Assembly: GCA_026391675.1 (NCBI GenBank)
Contig: JAPLDQ010000019.1
Coordinates: 87,780-151,779, forward strand
Length of the DNA stretch: 64,000 nt
Direction: 5' to 3'
Source: Bacteroidota bacterium
Lineage (GTDB): Bacteria; Bacteroidota; Bacteroidia; Bacteroidales; JACABE01
Shown: in pieces, positions 30,320 to 39,869 of the stretch
How positions within the stretch are numbered: position 1 is the stretch's first letter
Layout of the letters: the number at the start of each line of letters is the position of its first letter
Position numbers and translations under genes: made by a program
Notes under the pieces: model-generated
The model's database searches: none
The model's input: only the letters and a program-made list of their open reading frames with translations
Told to the model about the DNA's origin: nothing

Positions 30320-32386
30320 TTAAAACTTCACACCTAAATCCAGTTCAATGAATCTGCCTGGTGCTAAACCACCTTTTTTATCAATATACTGAAGGTCAGT
30401 CAGATTTTGTATATCAACTGCAGCAACGAATCGTTTTAAAAATTGTCTCGATAAACGTAAATCAAGTGTTGTATGTTCCACCAGTTCTGTTGAATTCTGT
30501 TCATCAGCCCATTGTTTACTTATATAATTTAAAGTAAAGGTTGCATTAAGAATTTTGGATTTCAACAATGCACCGATAAAGAACTGATGTGGTGGTATTT
30601 CGGCAATATATTTGCCTTTCAGATTTACTCCGGTTTCATTTACTGCATTAAATTCAACAATTTCAGAATTATTATAGGTGTAATTGGCTTTCAACGTCAG
30701 GTAATTAGTGAGTTGATATTTTACTGAAGTTTCTAATCCATAAATATTAACTTTCCCGATGTTTTCGCGTCTTAACACAATTTTATCGATATCAATGAAT
30801 TCACCTGTAGCAACGAAATACTGAAAATCTGTTCCACGTGAATAATACACACTGCTTTCAAACAAAAGATTATTATTGGGCTTGTATGTATTCCCAATTT
30901 CCACACTGCTTACATATTCAGGTTTCAGATTGGGATTTGCCAGCTTAAAACCCTTGGTAATTTTGCGCGAGCTGCACATATCATCCAGCGTTGCCGGCAT
31001 AAATCCGCGTGAAAAACTTATAAAAACATCAGTTTTAGGGTTAATGAAATATTTTGCAGATAATTTTGGACTTAAACTAGTCCACTGGCTTGAAGGATAA
31101 TTTTCAACATAGGAAGTTGCAAAACCAGTGGTATAGGTTGGATTATCAATTGAAAAACTACCATCAAAAAATTGCGCAAAATCAAATCTTAAAGATGCTA
31201 TTATTTTAATATTCTTAACAGGTTGAAATTCATTCTCAGCAAAAGCGGCAATAAATCCGATTTTCCCCTGTCTGATGGCATGATCAGTAGATGTACGGTA
31301 GGTATCTTCTGCTTTCATATCGCCAGTTTTAAAATCCATACCTGCTGTAAGCTTATACAAGGGACTAAATCTTTTTGATGCATTCAGCCATAAACCCAAA
31401 TCATGAGATGACTGGTCGGTATCATATAATTTATAAACATCTCCTGTTTCATTTAACCTTTCGGTATGTTGCCAGAAATAGTCGTAATGATAAAATGTTT
31501 TTGCCTGAAAATCAATATTATTCTTAAATACAGTGGTAAAATCTGCCATTAGCACATTGGAATAATCATACAATAAACTGCCATCTGTTTCAAAAATTTT
31601 AATTCCATCACTCCTTTTATCATGATAGAAATTGTAGTTGACAGATATGCGTGTATTTTCATTAAACTGATAGGCTAATTTAAAATCTGTTGAAATTTCA
31701 TTCATTTTAAGTTTGGTATCGTTACTATCCCTGCTGGTTTCAGAGACAATAATATAACCGTCACCTTTACGGTAAAATGCATTGGCATACCAATACCAGC
31801 CTTTGTTATTCATTATCTGATTTCCTGAAAGGCTTATCCTACCTCCTGTTGTATTGTAAGTTGCATATAAAATACCTGCTGTTCCTGCAAATTTTTCCTT
31901 TGGTGTTCGGGAAACTATATTAATGATACCACTCATAGCATTGTTACCATATAAAGCTGAATTTGAACCTTTAATAACTTCAATTTTCTCAACAGTTTCC
32001 GGGTCTATAATATCCCAGTTTACACCACCCCCTGATGTCTTGTTTAAGGGAATACCATTGTATAAAACCAATACACGGTTGGTCCCGTCCATCCCCCTCA
32101 TGGTAACACTTGAATTCCTTGAAAATATACCTGAACTCCTGTTTACATAAACATTGGCGATGGATTGCAATAAATCATCAAAACTGGTACAGGGATAGTT
32201 ATCAATATCACTTTTAGCAATCACATCCACACTGGAGGCCATATTACTGATATTTTCGTTGTTACGTGAAGCATTAACAGTAATACCTTTAAGGAAAATA
32301 TTCTTAGAAACGGTATCCTGAGCATGCAGCGGAACAGAATAAACTAATATCAAAGCGAATATAATATGTAAAACTTTTACTTTCAT
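30320..32386 (-). CDS. TonB-dependent receptor
   Basis: Signal peptide, plug-domain motif 'VEKIEVIKGSNSALYGNNAMSGIINIV', a long beta-barrel region, and a terminal aromatic residue ('LDLGVKF'). Confidence 0.9.
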   Translation of the reverse strand: MKVKVLHIIFALILVYSVPLHAQDTVSKNIFLKGITVNASRNNENISNMASSVDVIAKSDIDNYPCTSFDDLLQSIANVYVNRSSGIFSRNSSVTMRGMDGTNRVLVLYNGIPLNKTSGGGVNWDIIDPETVEKIEVIKGSNSALYGNNAMSGIINIVSRTPKEKFAGTAGILYATYNTTGGRISLSGNQIMNNKGWYWYANAFYRKGDGYIIVSETSRDSNDTKLKMNEISTDFKLAYQFNENTRISVNYNFYHDKRSDGIKIFETDGSLLYDYSNVLMADFTTVFKNNIDFQAKTFYHYDYFWQHTERLNETGDVYKLYDTDQSSHDLGLWLNASKRFSPLYKLTAGMDFKTGDMKAEDTYRTSTDHAIRQGKIGFIAAFAENEFQPVKNIKIIASLRFDFAQFFDGSFSIDNPTYTTGFATSYVENYPSSQWTSLSPKLSAKYFINPKTDVFISFSRGFMPATLDDMCSSRKITKGFKLANPNLKPEYVSSVEIGNTYKPNNNLLFESSVYYSRGTDFQYFVATGEFIDIDKIVLRRENIGKVNIYGLETSVKYQLTNYLTLKANYTYNNSEIVEFNAVNETGVNLKGKYIAEIPPHQFFIGALLKSKILNATFTLNYISKQWADEQNSTELVEHTTLDLRLSRQFLKRFVAAVDIQNLTDLQYIDKKGGLAPGRFIELDLGVKF

Positions 32387-32393
32387 AATTTGA

Positions 32394-33281
32394 TTATTGC
32401 TGTAGTTTAACAGCTATTTGAACTGTGCCGCTTTCGAGTCCGTTAACATTTATAATTTTCATCAGCCCAAATTTCCCGGTTTGTGTCTGAAAGCCCCAAA
32501 TCTGATTGGCTGTCAATGCTTTTGCTTTTCTTCCACCATTACTAAAAATATTGGCAATTATTATACTATCATTCAACGCATTATCAAAAGATGAAAGCGG
32601 AATATTTATTACTGTGCGGCTAAAATAAGTGGTGTTTTTTACTGACCAGAATTCAGGTGCATTTGCACCACTAAATATGCCGGTAATATTAGCACCCGGT
32701 GAAGCAATACAGTTATATTCCTGATTGGTAACACTATAATAGTACAATAAATCAATTAATGCCTGATTGGTTGATGCATCATTCAGATTATAAACCAAGC
32801 CATTTGAGAATGAGGAAAAAGAACCAATTGAAGTATTGTTTTGCCCTCCCAGTGTTATGGATGGATAATAAATAACAGCTTTGTAAGCACTGCCATTTTT
32901 GTATAATTTCAGAACAATACTGTCGCACAGACCAGTTTTGTTATAAATGATTATTGAAATTTTCTGTATACTGTCGGTATTCTTATGAATAACAAAGTCC
33001 TTATCTATACTTGCTGCATTAAAGCCAAAATCAAGAAGACTCAATGAATTATTGGACTTGATAACGAGATTACAAAGGTTTTCACCTCCATTTGCCAGTG
33101 CTGAAATACCAATCGTTATTTGGGAACCTTCTGCAATAGCAGTATCATTAGCAATATATGAATTACCAATTTTTAAATGTAAGATTGGAGGTATTTTATT
33201 ATCGCTTTCGTCTTTTGAACAAGCAATAAAAAATAGAAAAGTAATAAAAGAAACAATGCTATAATTCCTCAATTTTGACAC
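32394..33281 (-). CDS. Hypothetical lipoprotein, probably co-transcribed with the TonB-dependent receptor
   Basis: ORF track, 295 aa, with a lipobox 'FFIACSK'. It sits 7 nt upstream of the receptor gene on the same strand. Confidence 0.65.
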   Translation of the reverse strand: MSKLRNYSIVSFITFLFFIACSKDESDNKIPPILHLKIGNSYIANDTAIAEGSQITIGISALANGGENLCNLVIKSNNSLSLLDFGFNAASIDKDFVIHKNTDSIQKISIIIYNKTGLCDSIVLKLYKNGSAYKAVIYYPSITLGGQNNTSIGSFSSFSNGLVYNLNDASTNQALIDLLYYYSVTNQEYNCIASPGANITGIFSGANAPEFWSVKNTTYFSRTVINIPLSSFDNALNDSIIIANIFSNGGRKAKALTANQIWGFQTQTGKFGLMKIINVNGLESGTVQIAVKLQQ

Positions 33282-33343
33282 TTTTACGAAAAGAATATAT
33301 TTACAATTCGATGATTAAAAAAATTATGAATTACGAAAAACCC

Positions 33344-33378
33344 AACTCATAACTCATAATTTAAAACTTATAACTCAA
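33344..33378. repeat. Short-period array (AACTCAT-type heptads x5) abutting a stop codon
   Basis: AACTCAT AACTCAT AATTTAA AACTTAT AACTCAA was read directly. It ends 5 nt before the stop (33384) of the 182-aa minus-strand gene. Confidence 0.8.
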
Positions 33379-33383
33379 CATAA

Positions 33384-33932
33384 TCAGCGTTTGTTTTTCA
33401 CCGCTTTTATCAATGAAACACCGCCTAAGCCACCAATAAAACCAAAAACAAAATGCATGGCTAAAGGATACAAAAATCCACCTAAAAAGCTTTCGTACAA
33501 ATATCCTGTTGAAATTGATATTAATAGCCGGGCAATCGGGATAATGGCATAAGCTATACCGGCAATTAAAGCCAGCAACCATATATTATTTTTAATTTTT
33601 GGTAAGGTATTGTAAAACAAATCAATCAGTATACCCGGTAATATGAAAACAACCGACATAAAAGGATCTTTAAAACCCAGCACAGGAATTAAAAGCATGG
33701 AAGCCACACCCAGCGAAGAAAGTGAAGATGCAAACCTGAAAGATGAAAAACTGCGGCCAATCAGTAATAACATCATGAATTCAATACCATGACGACCGGG
33801 TAAATGCAACGGAATTCTTAATCTTGCATGCAAAACAATTGCTAAACTTCCCAATAAAAAAAGCAAAATAAATTCAGCAATAGTCAGCGCAGAACTACGA
33901 TTTTGGACTGTTGTTGTTGATTTTATTCCCAT
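33384..33932 (-). CDS. Integral membrane protein (about 5 TM segments), unknown function
   Basis: ORF track, 182 aa, hydrophobic throughout, with Gly-rich TM helices (FVFGFIGGLGGVSLI). It sits 19 nt downstream of the TiaS-N-like gene. Confidence 0.7.
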   Translation of the reverse strand: MGIKSTTTVQNRSSALTIAEFILLFLLGSLAIVLHARLRIPLHLPGRHGIEFMMLLLIGRSFSSFRFASSLSSLGVASMLLIPVLGFKDPFMSVVFILPGILIDLFYNTLPKIKNNIWLLALIAGIAYAIIPIARLLISISTGYLYESFLGGFLYPLAMHFVFGFIGGLGGVSLIKAVKNKR

Positions 33933-33951
33933 AATTCAATGATTAAAAATG

Positions 33952-34692
33952 CTACTGTGTTAAAGCTTTTACGTCAATTTTTGTTAATGCTTTCCAATCG
34001 TAAGCTGTTGATTCTGATTTTTCTACAATTATTACGGCTTCATTGTTTTTTAAGATTGGCCTTAACCAGTCTTCAATAAAAACGGTATCAGAATCTGCAA
34101 CAAAGTTATAATTTTCTTTCGTAAGAATAGCATTAATTGTTGAAATATTTTTCAAGTCATTTACGGTAAAAACACCCTGTATTTCACGCATTTCTTTACC
34201 TGCAATCCATAAATATCTTCCATCGTTACCATCAAAATGCAAACCGACTGCGGCGAGAGAGCCGATAACACCGATTTTTTCACCGGTAAGTCCCTCCAAA
34301 TAAAGATTGTTTCTTTCGGCTAAAGCATGTGCATCAGCTTTAGTAAGCACTTCGATTTTTGCTTTATTCCCCCAATCAATAATTTCACTGTTTATATTTT
34401 CATATTTTGCAATACATAAGCCTGCATCTGAACCTTCTGCTGCCACTTCAAGCAAAAAATCCCTGCAAAGCTTTATTAAAGGTTCAAAATCGAAGATTTC
34501 TGCTTCAATACAAGCTGAGCTGTTATGAGAAGTATAAGGAATATTATCATGTACATACAATTGATGACGCGTAATTCCATTGATTTTACCGATTTCCTTC
34601 TCTGCTATCAATCTACCCAGCTGACGGGCCTGAAAACCGGTACCTCTGCTTTCCAGATTATCTGTATCATCAATGGCTATCAAAACTTTCAT
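33952..34692 (-). CDS. Protein resembling the N-terminal domain of archaeal tRNA(Ile2) agmatidine synthetase TiaS (DUF1743-like)
   Basis: 'KVLIAIDDTDNLESRGTG' compares with the TiaS N-terminus as I remember it ('...GIDDTDS..G.CTTY'). 'GVIGSLAAVG' compares with TiaS 'GLIGALAAVG'. The protein is only 246 aa and lacks the OB and Zn-ribbon parts of TiaS. Confidence 0.45.
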   Translation of the reverse strand: MKVLIAIDDTDNLESRGTGFQARQLGRLIAEKEIGKINGITRHQLYVHDNIPYTSHNSSACIEAEIFDFEPLIKLCRDFLLEVAAEGSDAGLCIAKYENINSEIIDWGNKAKIEVLTKADAHALAERNNLYLEGLTGEKIGVIGSLAAVGLHFDGNDGRYLWIAGKEMREIQGVFTVNDLKNISTINAILTKENYNFVADSDTVFIEDWLRPILKNNEAVIIVEKSESTAYDWKALTKIDVKALTQ

Positions 34693-34781
34693 TAATATAT
34701 TTTTGTAAAAATAAGAAAAAAATAAAGCCGATATTTAAACTTAATACCGGCTTTACCTGATAATATTTATTTATTAAAGGA

Positions 34782-35273
34782 TTATTCAGTTACGTCGCCG
34801 AATTTAATTTCTTCAGCTGTAGCTTCTCTTACACTTAATATATTTCCTTTAAAATAAAGTGTTTCGCCTGCCAGAGGATGGTTAAAATCAAGTTTCACAT
34901 CTTTATCAGTTACTTCAGTAACAATTGCTTCAGCGTGAATATCATTTTCTTCGTCTTCCATAGGAATTATAGCACCTTCATAAACCATTTCGTCATCAAA
35001 TTTACCATCAATAAAGAAATTTTCTTTAGGTAAATCAATTAATTTTTCATCATCATACTGACCGTAGGATTCATCAGGACTTAAGGTGAATTCAAAAGCA
35101 TCACCTGCTTTTAGCTTTAATATTTTTGCTTCGAATTTCTCAAAAAGATTTTCGTGACCGATTAATACATTTTCCGGATTTATTTCATCAATTTCTTCAA
35201 TAAGATCACCTTCTGCATTGTCGAATCTTAATGTATAAGTCAGAGAAACGACTTTATTTTTTTCAATAAACAT
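34782..35273 (-). CDS. slyD: FKBP-type peptidyl-prolyl cis-trans isomerase (SlyD-like)
   Basis: 'VVSLTYTLR', 'LIGHENL...FE..L..LKAGD.FEF.L.P...YG', 'FNHPLAGETLYF.G.I..VREAT.EE' together form the SlyD/FKBP plus IF-domain pattern. Confidence 0.8.
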   Translation of the reverse strand: MFIEKNKVVSLTYTLRFDNAEGDLIEEIDEINPENVLIGHENLFEKFEAKILKLKAGDAFEFTLSPDESYGQYDDEKLIDLPKENFFIDGKFDDEMVYEGAIIPMEDEENDIHAEAIVTEVTDKDVKLDFNHPLAGETLYFKGNILSVREATAEEIKFGDVTE

Positions 35274-35354
35274 GTTCTAAATTTTAATTATTATATGATG
35301 TCGCAAAATTAAAAATAAATTCAGAATTTCAAACTTTAATTATAAATTATAATA

Positions 35355-37712
35355 TTATTCTGCGATTTGTTGTTGCGGCGACACAGGTTCTTCGCTTATT
35401 GTACTGTCATTTTTATGAAAATAAGTATGACAACTGTAATTCTTATTTATTTTAATTTTAGGTTTTGGATATTTCTTTTTGTACTCAAGATATCTTGGGT
35501 CTTTCAACAATTTCTCCATAAAAAGACCATAAATAGGTAAAGCTGTTTTACAACCTTCACCTAATTCAGATGTACGAAAATGGACGCTTCTGTTATCGGC
35601 CCCTACCCAGGAAGCTGAAATCAAATCAGGTGTAACACCAATAAACCAGCCATCAGAATGATTGGAAGATGTTCCAGTTTTACCTCCAAAATCTGTTTTA
35701 TTGTCTGCAAATAAATCATATTCAAACAGTGCCTGTGTTGTACCTCCGGGTTCATGCAAACCACCCTGTAACATCTGATTCATTAAAAAAGCTGTTTCTT
35801 CACTTATCACCCTTTCCTTTTTAGGATTCATTTCATACAACACCCTGCCTTTTTTATCCGTAATTTTTGTAACGAGTATAGGTTCTATTTTATAGCCTTC
35901 ATTATTTAAAGGGCAATAAGCTGTAATCAATTCAAATAAGGATACATCGCTGGAACCCAGACAAACAGAAGGTACGTCGGCTAATTTGGTTTTTATACCC
36001 AACTTATAAGCATATTCAATTACTTTTTGCCAGCCTAATTTCTGTGTTAACTGGACAGCAATAGAATTTATTGATTTTGCAAAAGCATATTTCAATGTAA
36101 CACTGGAACCTGTAAAAACCCAGTCAGCATTGCTGGGTGACCATGATTTATTTTTACCATTTTCCACATAGTTATAGGTTACAGGGACATCGTTCAGTTG
36201 ATCACAGGGAGCATAACCGTTATCCATGGCAGCGGTATATACAAATGCTTTAAAAGTTGAACCCGGCTGACGTTTTGATTTCATTACATGGTCAAACTTA
36301 AAGCTGTTAAAATTAATGCCTCCGATATAGGTTTTTACATAACCATTATTCGGGTCCATTGTAATGAACCCGGCATGCAATAATGAATTATAATATTTTA
36401 TTGAATCAATAGTACTTAATAGCGTATCTCTGTCACCTTTATAGGTATAAACGCGCATTTTCCTCAGTTGATTCAGATATAAATCTATGCTATCCTTTTG
36501 AGTAGGAAATTTCTTAACCAGATCTTTATAATGCTGGGTTTTAACGACTAAATTTGAAACGAAATCATCTATTTCCTCACCATTTTCCTTACGCCAGGGG
36601 TTCTCTCCTTCCCAATGCTGGAAAAATCTTTTTTGCAATCGTTTCATATGCTCATCCATTGCTTCTTCAGCATATTGCTGCATACCCATATCAAGGCTGG
36701 TATATATTTTCAGTCCATCTTCGTATAAATTCAGATCTTTTTCCTTTAACCAGGCTTTTAAATAATTACTTACAGCTTCCCTGAAATAAGGTGCTTTTCC
36801 ATCATAATTATTTTCAACACTGTAATTGAGTAGGATTGGAATTTGTAATATAGAATCATGCTCATTCTGAGTAATCATCTTATATTTAAGCAATTGACCA
36901 AGTACAGTATTTCTTCTTTCCAACGCCCTGTCAGCATGAGAAATTGGACTATAGTAAGTTGGTGCCTTTAACATACCAACAAGCAAAGCTGATTGTTCAA
37001 TGTTTAACTGTGAAGGTTTAATATTAAAGAAAGTTCTGGCAGCTGTTTTAATACCGTATGCATTACTGCCAAAATCAACGGTATTAAAATACATAGTTAA
37101 TATGTCATCTTTACTGTAAAAAAGTTCAATTTTAAGTGAAGTAATCCATTCTTTGGCTTTATAAATAGCAGTTTTAACTCCCGGAATATGGCCAAACAAT
37201 CCTCTTGAATAATTATTTCTGGTCTTAAAAAGGTTTTTTACCAATTGTTGTGTAATAGTACTTCCTCCCCTTTTCTCCCCTTTGATCATGTACCAGAAAA
37301 TAGAAAAAGTAGCACGTAAATCAATGCCATGATGCTCATAGAACCTCACGTCTTCTGTATTGATAAGTGTTTTAATCATCAGTGGTGATACTTCGCTTAA
37401 TTTTATTGGTGTTCTGTTCTCATCAAAATATTTACCTATCATTTTACCATCTGCAGCATAAAGTTCAGAGGCTGTTTTCTGTTTTGGGTCATTAATCTGG
37501 CTCAGTTTGGGAGACTTGCCGAATAACCAAAGAAAATTCATATCCACTAAACCCAGAAACAATATAAACAGAATAAAAACATGAACTAACCTTATTAAAA
37601 TCTTTTTATATCTGGGCCATTTGGATGGTATATAAAATACCCATTTAATGATATTCCGGGCTTTTTGAAAAATTAATTTTAAGAAAGTAAGCAATTTGCT
37701 GATATACTTCAT
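35355..37712 (-). CDS. mrcA: Class A penicillin-binding protein (PBP1A; glycosyltransferase 51 plus transpeptidase)
   Basis: GT51 motifs 'EDVRFYEHHGID' and 'GGSTITQQLVKN'. Transpeptidase motifs 'GSTFK' (SxxK) and 'GKTGTS' (KTG). Confidence 0.9.
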   Translation of the reverse strand: MKYISKLLTFLKLIFQKARNIIKWVFYIPSKWPRYKKILIRLVHVFILFILFLGLVDMNFLWLFGKSPKLSQINDPKQKTASELYAADGKMIGKYFDENRTPIKLSEVSPLMIKTLINTEDVRFYEHHGIDLRATFSIFWYMIKGEKRGGSTITQQLVKNLFKTRNNYSRGLFGHIPGVKTAIYKAKEWITSLKIELFYSKDDILTMYFNTVDFGSNAYGIKTAARTFFNIKPSQLNIEQSALLVGMLKAPTYYSPISHADRALERRNTVLGQLLKYKMITQNEHDSILQIPILLNYSVENNYDGKAPYFREAVSNYLKAWLKEKDLNLYEDGLKIYTSLDMGMQQYAEEAMDEHMKRLQKRFFQHWEGENPWRKENGEEIDDFVSNLVVKTQHYKDLVKKFPTQKDSIDLYLNQLRKMRVYTYKGDRDTLLSTIDSIKYYNSLLHAGFITMDPNNGYVKTYIGGINFNSFKFDHVMKSKRQPGSTFKAFVYTAAMDNGYAPCDQLNDVPVTYNYVENGKNKSWSPSNADWVFTGSSVTLKYAFAKSINSIAVQLTQKLGWQKVIEYAYKLGIKTKLADVPSVCLGSSDVSLFELITAYCPLNNEGYKIEPILVTKITDKKGRVLYEMNPKKERVISEETAFLMNQMLQGGLHEPGGTTQALFEYDLFADNKTDFGGKTGTSSNHSDGWFIGVTPDLISASWVGADNRSVHFRTSELGEGCKTALPIYGLFMEKLLKDPRYLEYKKKYPKPKIKINKNYSCHTYFHKNDSTISEEPVSPQQQIAE

Positions 37713-37719
37713 ATATTTT

Positions 37720-38958
37720 TTACTTTTTTATTAAATTTAAGGCTGCTAAGCGTTGCAACAAAGTTGGATGAGAATAATGAAAGAAAACATATGCCGGATG
37801 TGGTCTTAAATTACTTAAATTATTTACTGATAACTTCTTTAATGCTGATTGCAATGCTTCCGGCTGGTAATTTTCCCCGGCAAAGCGGTCTGCCTCATAC
37901 TCATGCTTACGCGATAAAATATTTAATGCCAGACCTAAAATTAAAGATAGCGGAGTGTATAACATTCCGAAAACGATGATACTTATATGAAAACTTGGTA
38001 TGCTTACGCCCAATGCTGCTGATAATAGAGGATTTCCGATAAACCATGATAAAATAAAGAGCATCAATCCTGTCTGTATTAAAGATATTATCATGCCTGT
38101 GTAGGTATGTTTCTTTTTGTAATGCCCTACTTCGTGAGCCAGTATGGCAACAAGTTCTTCGATACTATGGTCTTTTATCAAAGTATCATATAAGACAATA
38201 CGTTTTTTCCCGCCTAAACCTGTAAAATAAGCATTGGCTTTATTTGAACGTTTTGAACCATCTATAACAAAAATATTATTCAGTTTAAACCCAACTTTTT
38301 CGGCAAAGGAGTGAATAGCATTTCTAAGTTCACCTTCCTCCAGTGGTGTTTGCTTATTAAACAGCGGAACAATAAGATTTGAATAAAACATAGTGAAGAA
38401 AATTGTCACTACTGAAAAAACAATCCAGGCAATCCACCAAAAATTTTTACCGGTAAATTTATAAATGAAAACAAACAATGCCAGCAATCCACCACCCAGA
38501 ATAATGGCCAGCAAATAGCCCTTAAGCTTATCAAGAATATAAGTCTTTGCAGTTGTTGTATTGAATCCGAATCGTTGTTCAATAACAAAAGTGTCGTAAA
38601 TATCAAAAGGAAGAGAAAGAATGTCAGCAAAAAAGGCAATGATACCAAAAAAGAACAAAGCCATTAGTATAGGATTAACAGTATATTGTCTTACAAAGTC
38701 ATCAACAAAGGCAAAGCCGCCCAAAAACAGCATTAATAACATTACAACAAAAGATAATGTTGATGTAATGAACGAAAACCGTTGATTTACCTTATGATAA
38801 TCCTGAGATTTTTTATATTTTTCAGCATCATAGATACCTTCCAGCTCTTTTGGCAGCTCATTGGTCCAGTAAGTAATGTTCAGATATGAGAGCAAACGTT
38901 CTAATATATATTCGAAAACGATGATTGCTATTATGATGATAAAAATTGTATTGGCCAT
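37720..38958 (-). CDS. M48 family (Ste24/HtpX-like) integral membrane zinc metalloprotease
   Basis: Multiple N-terminal TM segments, 'LAHEVGHYKKKH' (HExxH), and a downstream 'EYEADRFA'. Confidence 0.85.
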   Translation of the reverse strand: MANTIFIIIIAIIVFEYILERLLSYLNITYWTNELPKELEGIYDAEKYKKSQDYHKVNQRFSFITSTLSFVVMLLMLFLGGFAFVDDFVRQYTVNPILMALFFFGIIAFFADILSLPFDIYDTFVIEQRFGFNTTTAKTYILDKLKGYLLAIILGGGLLALFVFIYKFTGKNFWWIAWIVFSVVTIFFTMFYSNLIVPLFNKQTPLEEGELRNAIHSFAEKVGFKLNNIFVIDGSKRSNKANAYFTGLGGKKRIVLYDTLIKDHSIEELVAILAHEVGHYKKKHTYTGMIISLIQTGLMLFILSWFIGNPLLSAALGVSIPSFHISIIVFGMLYTPLSLILGLALNILSRKHEYEADRFAGENYQPEALQSALKKLSVNNLSNLRPHPAYVFFHYSHPTLLQRLAALNLIKK

Positions 38959-38978
38959 TTAGTTTGAAAGTTTGTAAA

Positions 38979-39096
38979 GTTATTGGTTATTGGTTATTGG
39001 TTATTGGTTATTGAATATTGGTTATTGGTTACTGGTTATTGGTTATTGGTTACTGATTATTCAGCATTCATAATTCATAATTCATAATTCATAATT
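38979..39096. repeat. Short-period arrays: (GTTATTG/GTTACTG)x~12, then (CATAATT)x4
   Basis: Read directly. The GTTATTG series begins 20 nt from the M48 start codon. The CATAATT series (39069-39096) ends 1 nt before the stop of the DUF218-like gene. Confidence 0.9.
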
Positions 39097-39097
39097 T

Positions 39098-39868
39098 CTA
39101 TGCGTATCCCATCATCTTATATACCAAAAAGCCTGTCCATTCATGCAATAGTTTGCTCCAGCATTCAAAGCTTTCAATATGTGGAATTAAAAGATGATTA
39201 AAATTGTAAATTCTGTCACCTGATATTTTAGAAGTTGGATATGCTGTTGCAAAAATACCAATTTTATTAAATATAGCTATTGATCTTCGCATATGTAAAG
39301 CAGAAGTTATCAGCAAACAGCTCCCCTTATTATAAGATAATGAATCTAATATTTTTTTGGTATTCAGTGCATTTTCGCGGGTATTATCAGATATGGAATC
39401 CACTAAAATATCAGATTCAGGAATATGAATGCTTAACAGATATTTTTTCAGAAAGCTAGCTTCATACTGATCGCGAAAGAACAAACTTCCAGGACCACCT
39501 GTAATTAATATTTTTTTAATTTTTGCCTGCTGGTATAATTCAATTGCCTGTAAAAACCTGTCAGCCTGTTCTCTGAATATCAACTTGTCTTTCTGATAAT
39601 CATAATCTGCAATTTTCCCTCCTAAAACAATACCAACATCGTATGTTTTCGCCATCACAATGCTGTCAGGGTAATTGCTTTCCCATTTCCTGATAAATTC
39701 ATCACAAATAAACATGTTCGAAAAAAAGTAAAAAACAATGAGGGTTATCAGTAATAATTTTCTGCCAAGTACTTTGTTTTTTCTTGTATATGAAATTATA
39801 ATTAAAATGAACACCCAGATAAGGGGGTTTAAGAAAAATGACAATATTTTTGAAATAAAGAAAAACAT
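39098..39868 (-). CDS. YdcF/ElyC (DUF218) family protein
   Basis: N-terminal TM segments followed by 'VGIVLGG...', 'ILITGGPG' and 'ITSALHMRRS', which fit the DUF218 pattern. Confidence 0.7.
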   Translation of the reverse strand: MFFFISKILSFFLNPLIWVFILIIISYTRKNKVLGRKLLLITLIVFYFFSNMFICDEFIRKWESNYPDSIVMAKTYDVGIVLGGKIADYDYQKDKLIFREQADRFLQAIELYQQAKIKKILITGGPGSLFFRDQYEASFLKKYLLSIHIPESDILVDSISDNTRENALNTKKILDSLSYNKGSCLLITSALHMRRSIAIFNKIGIFATAYPTSKISGDRIYNFNHLLIPHIESFECWSKLLHEWTGFLVYKMMGYA

Positions 39869-39869
39869 A

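Noticed and set aside
33361-33582. 73-aa ORF overlapping the 3' part of the 182-aa membrane gene in another frame
   Set aside because: It is entirely contained within the longer, hydrophobic and better-supported ORF on the same strand, so it is a frame-shifted shadow.
38979-39096. Tandem arrays considered as a CRISPR array
   Set aside because: The period is only 7-8 nt, with no unique spacers between repeats and no cas genes in the window. They are not CRISPRs.
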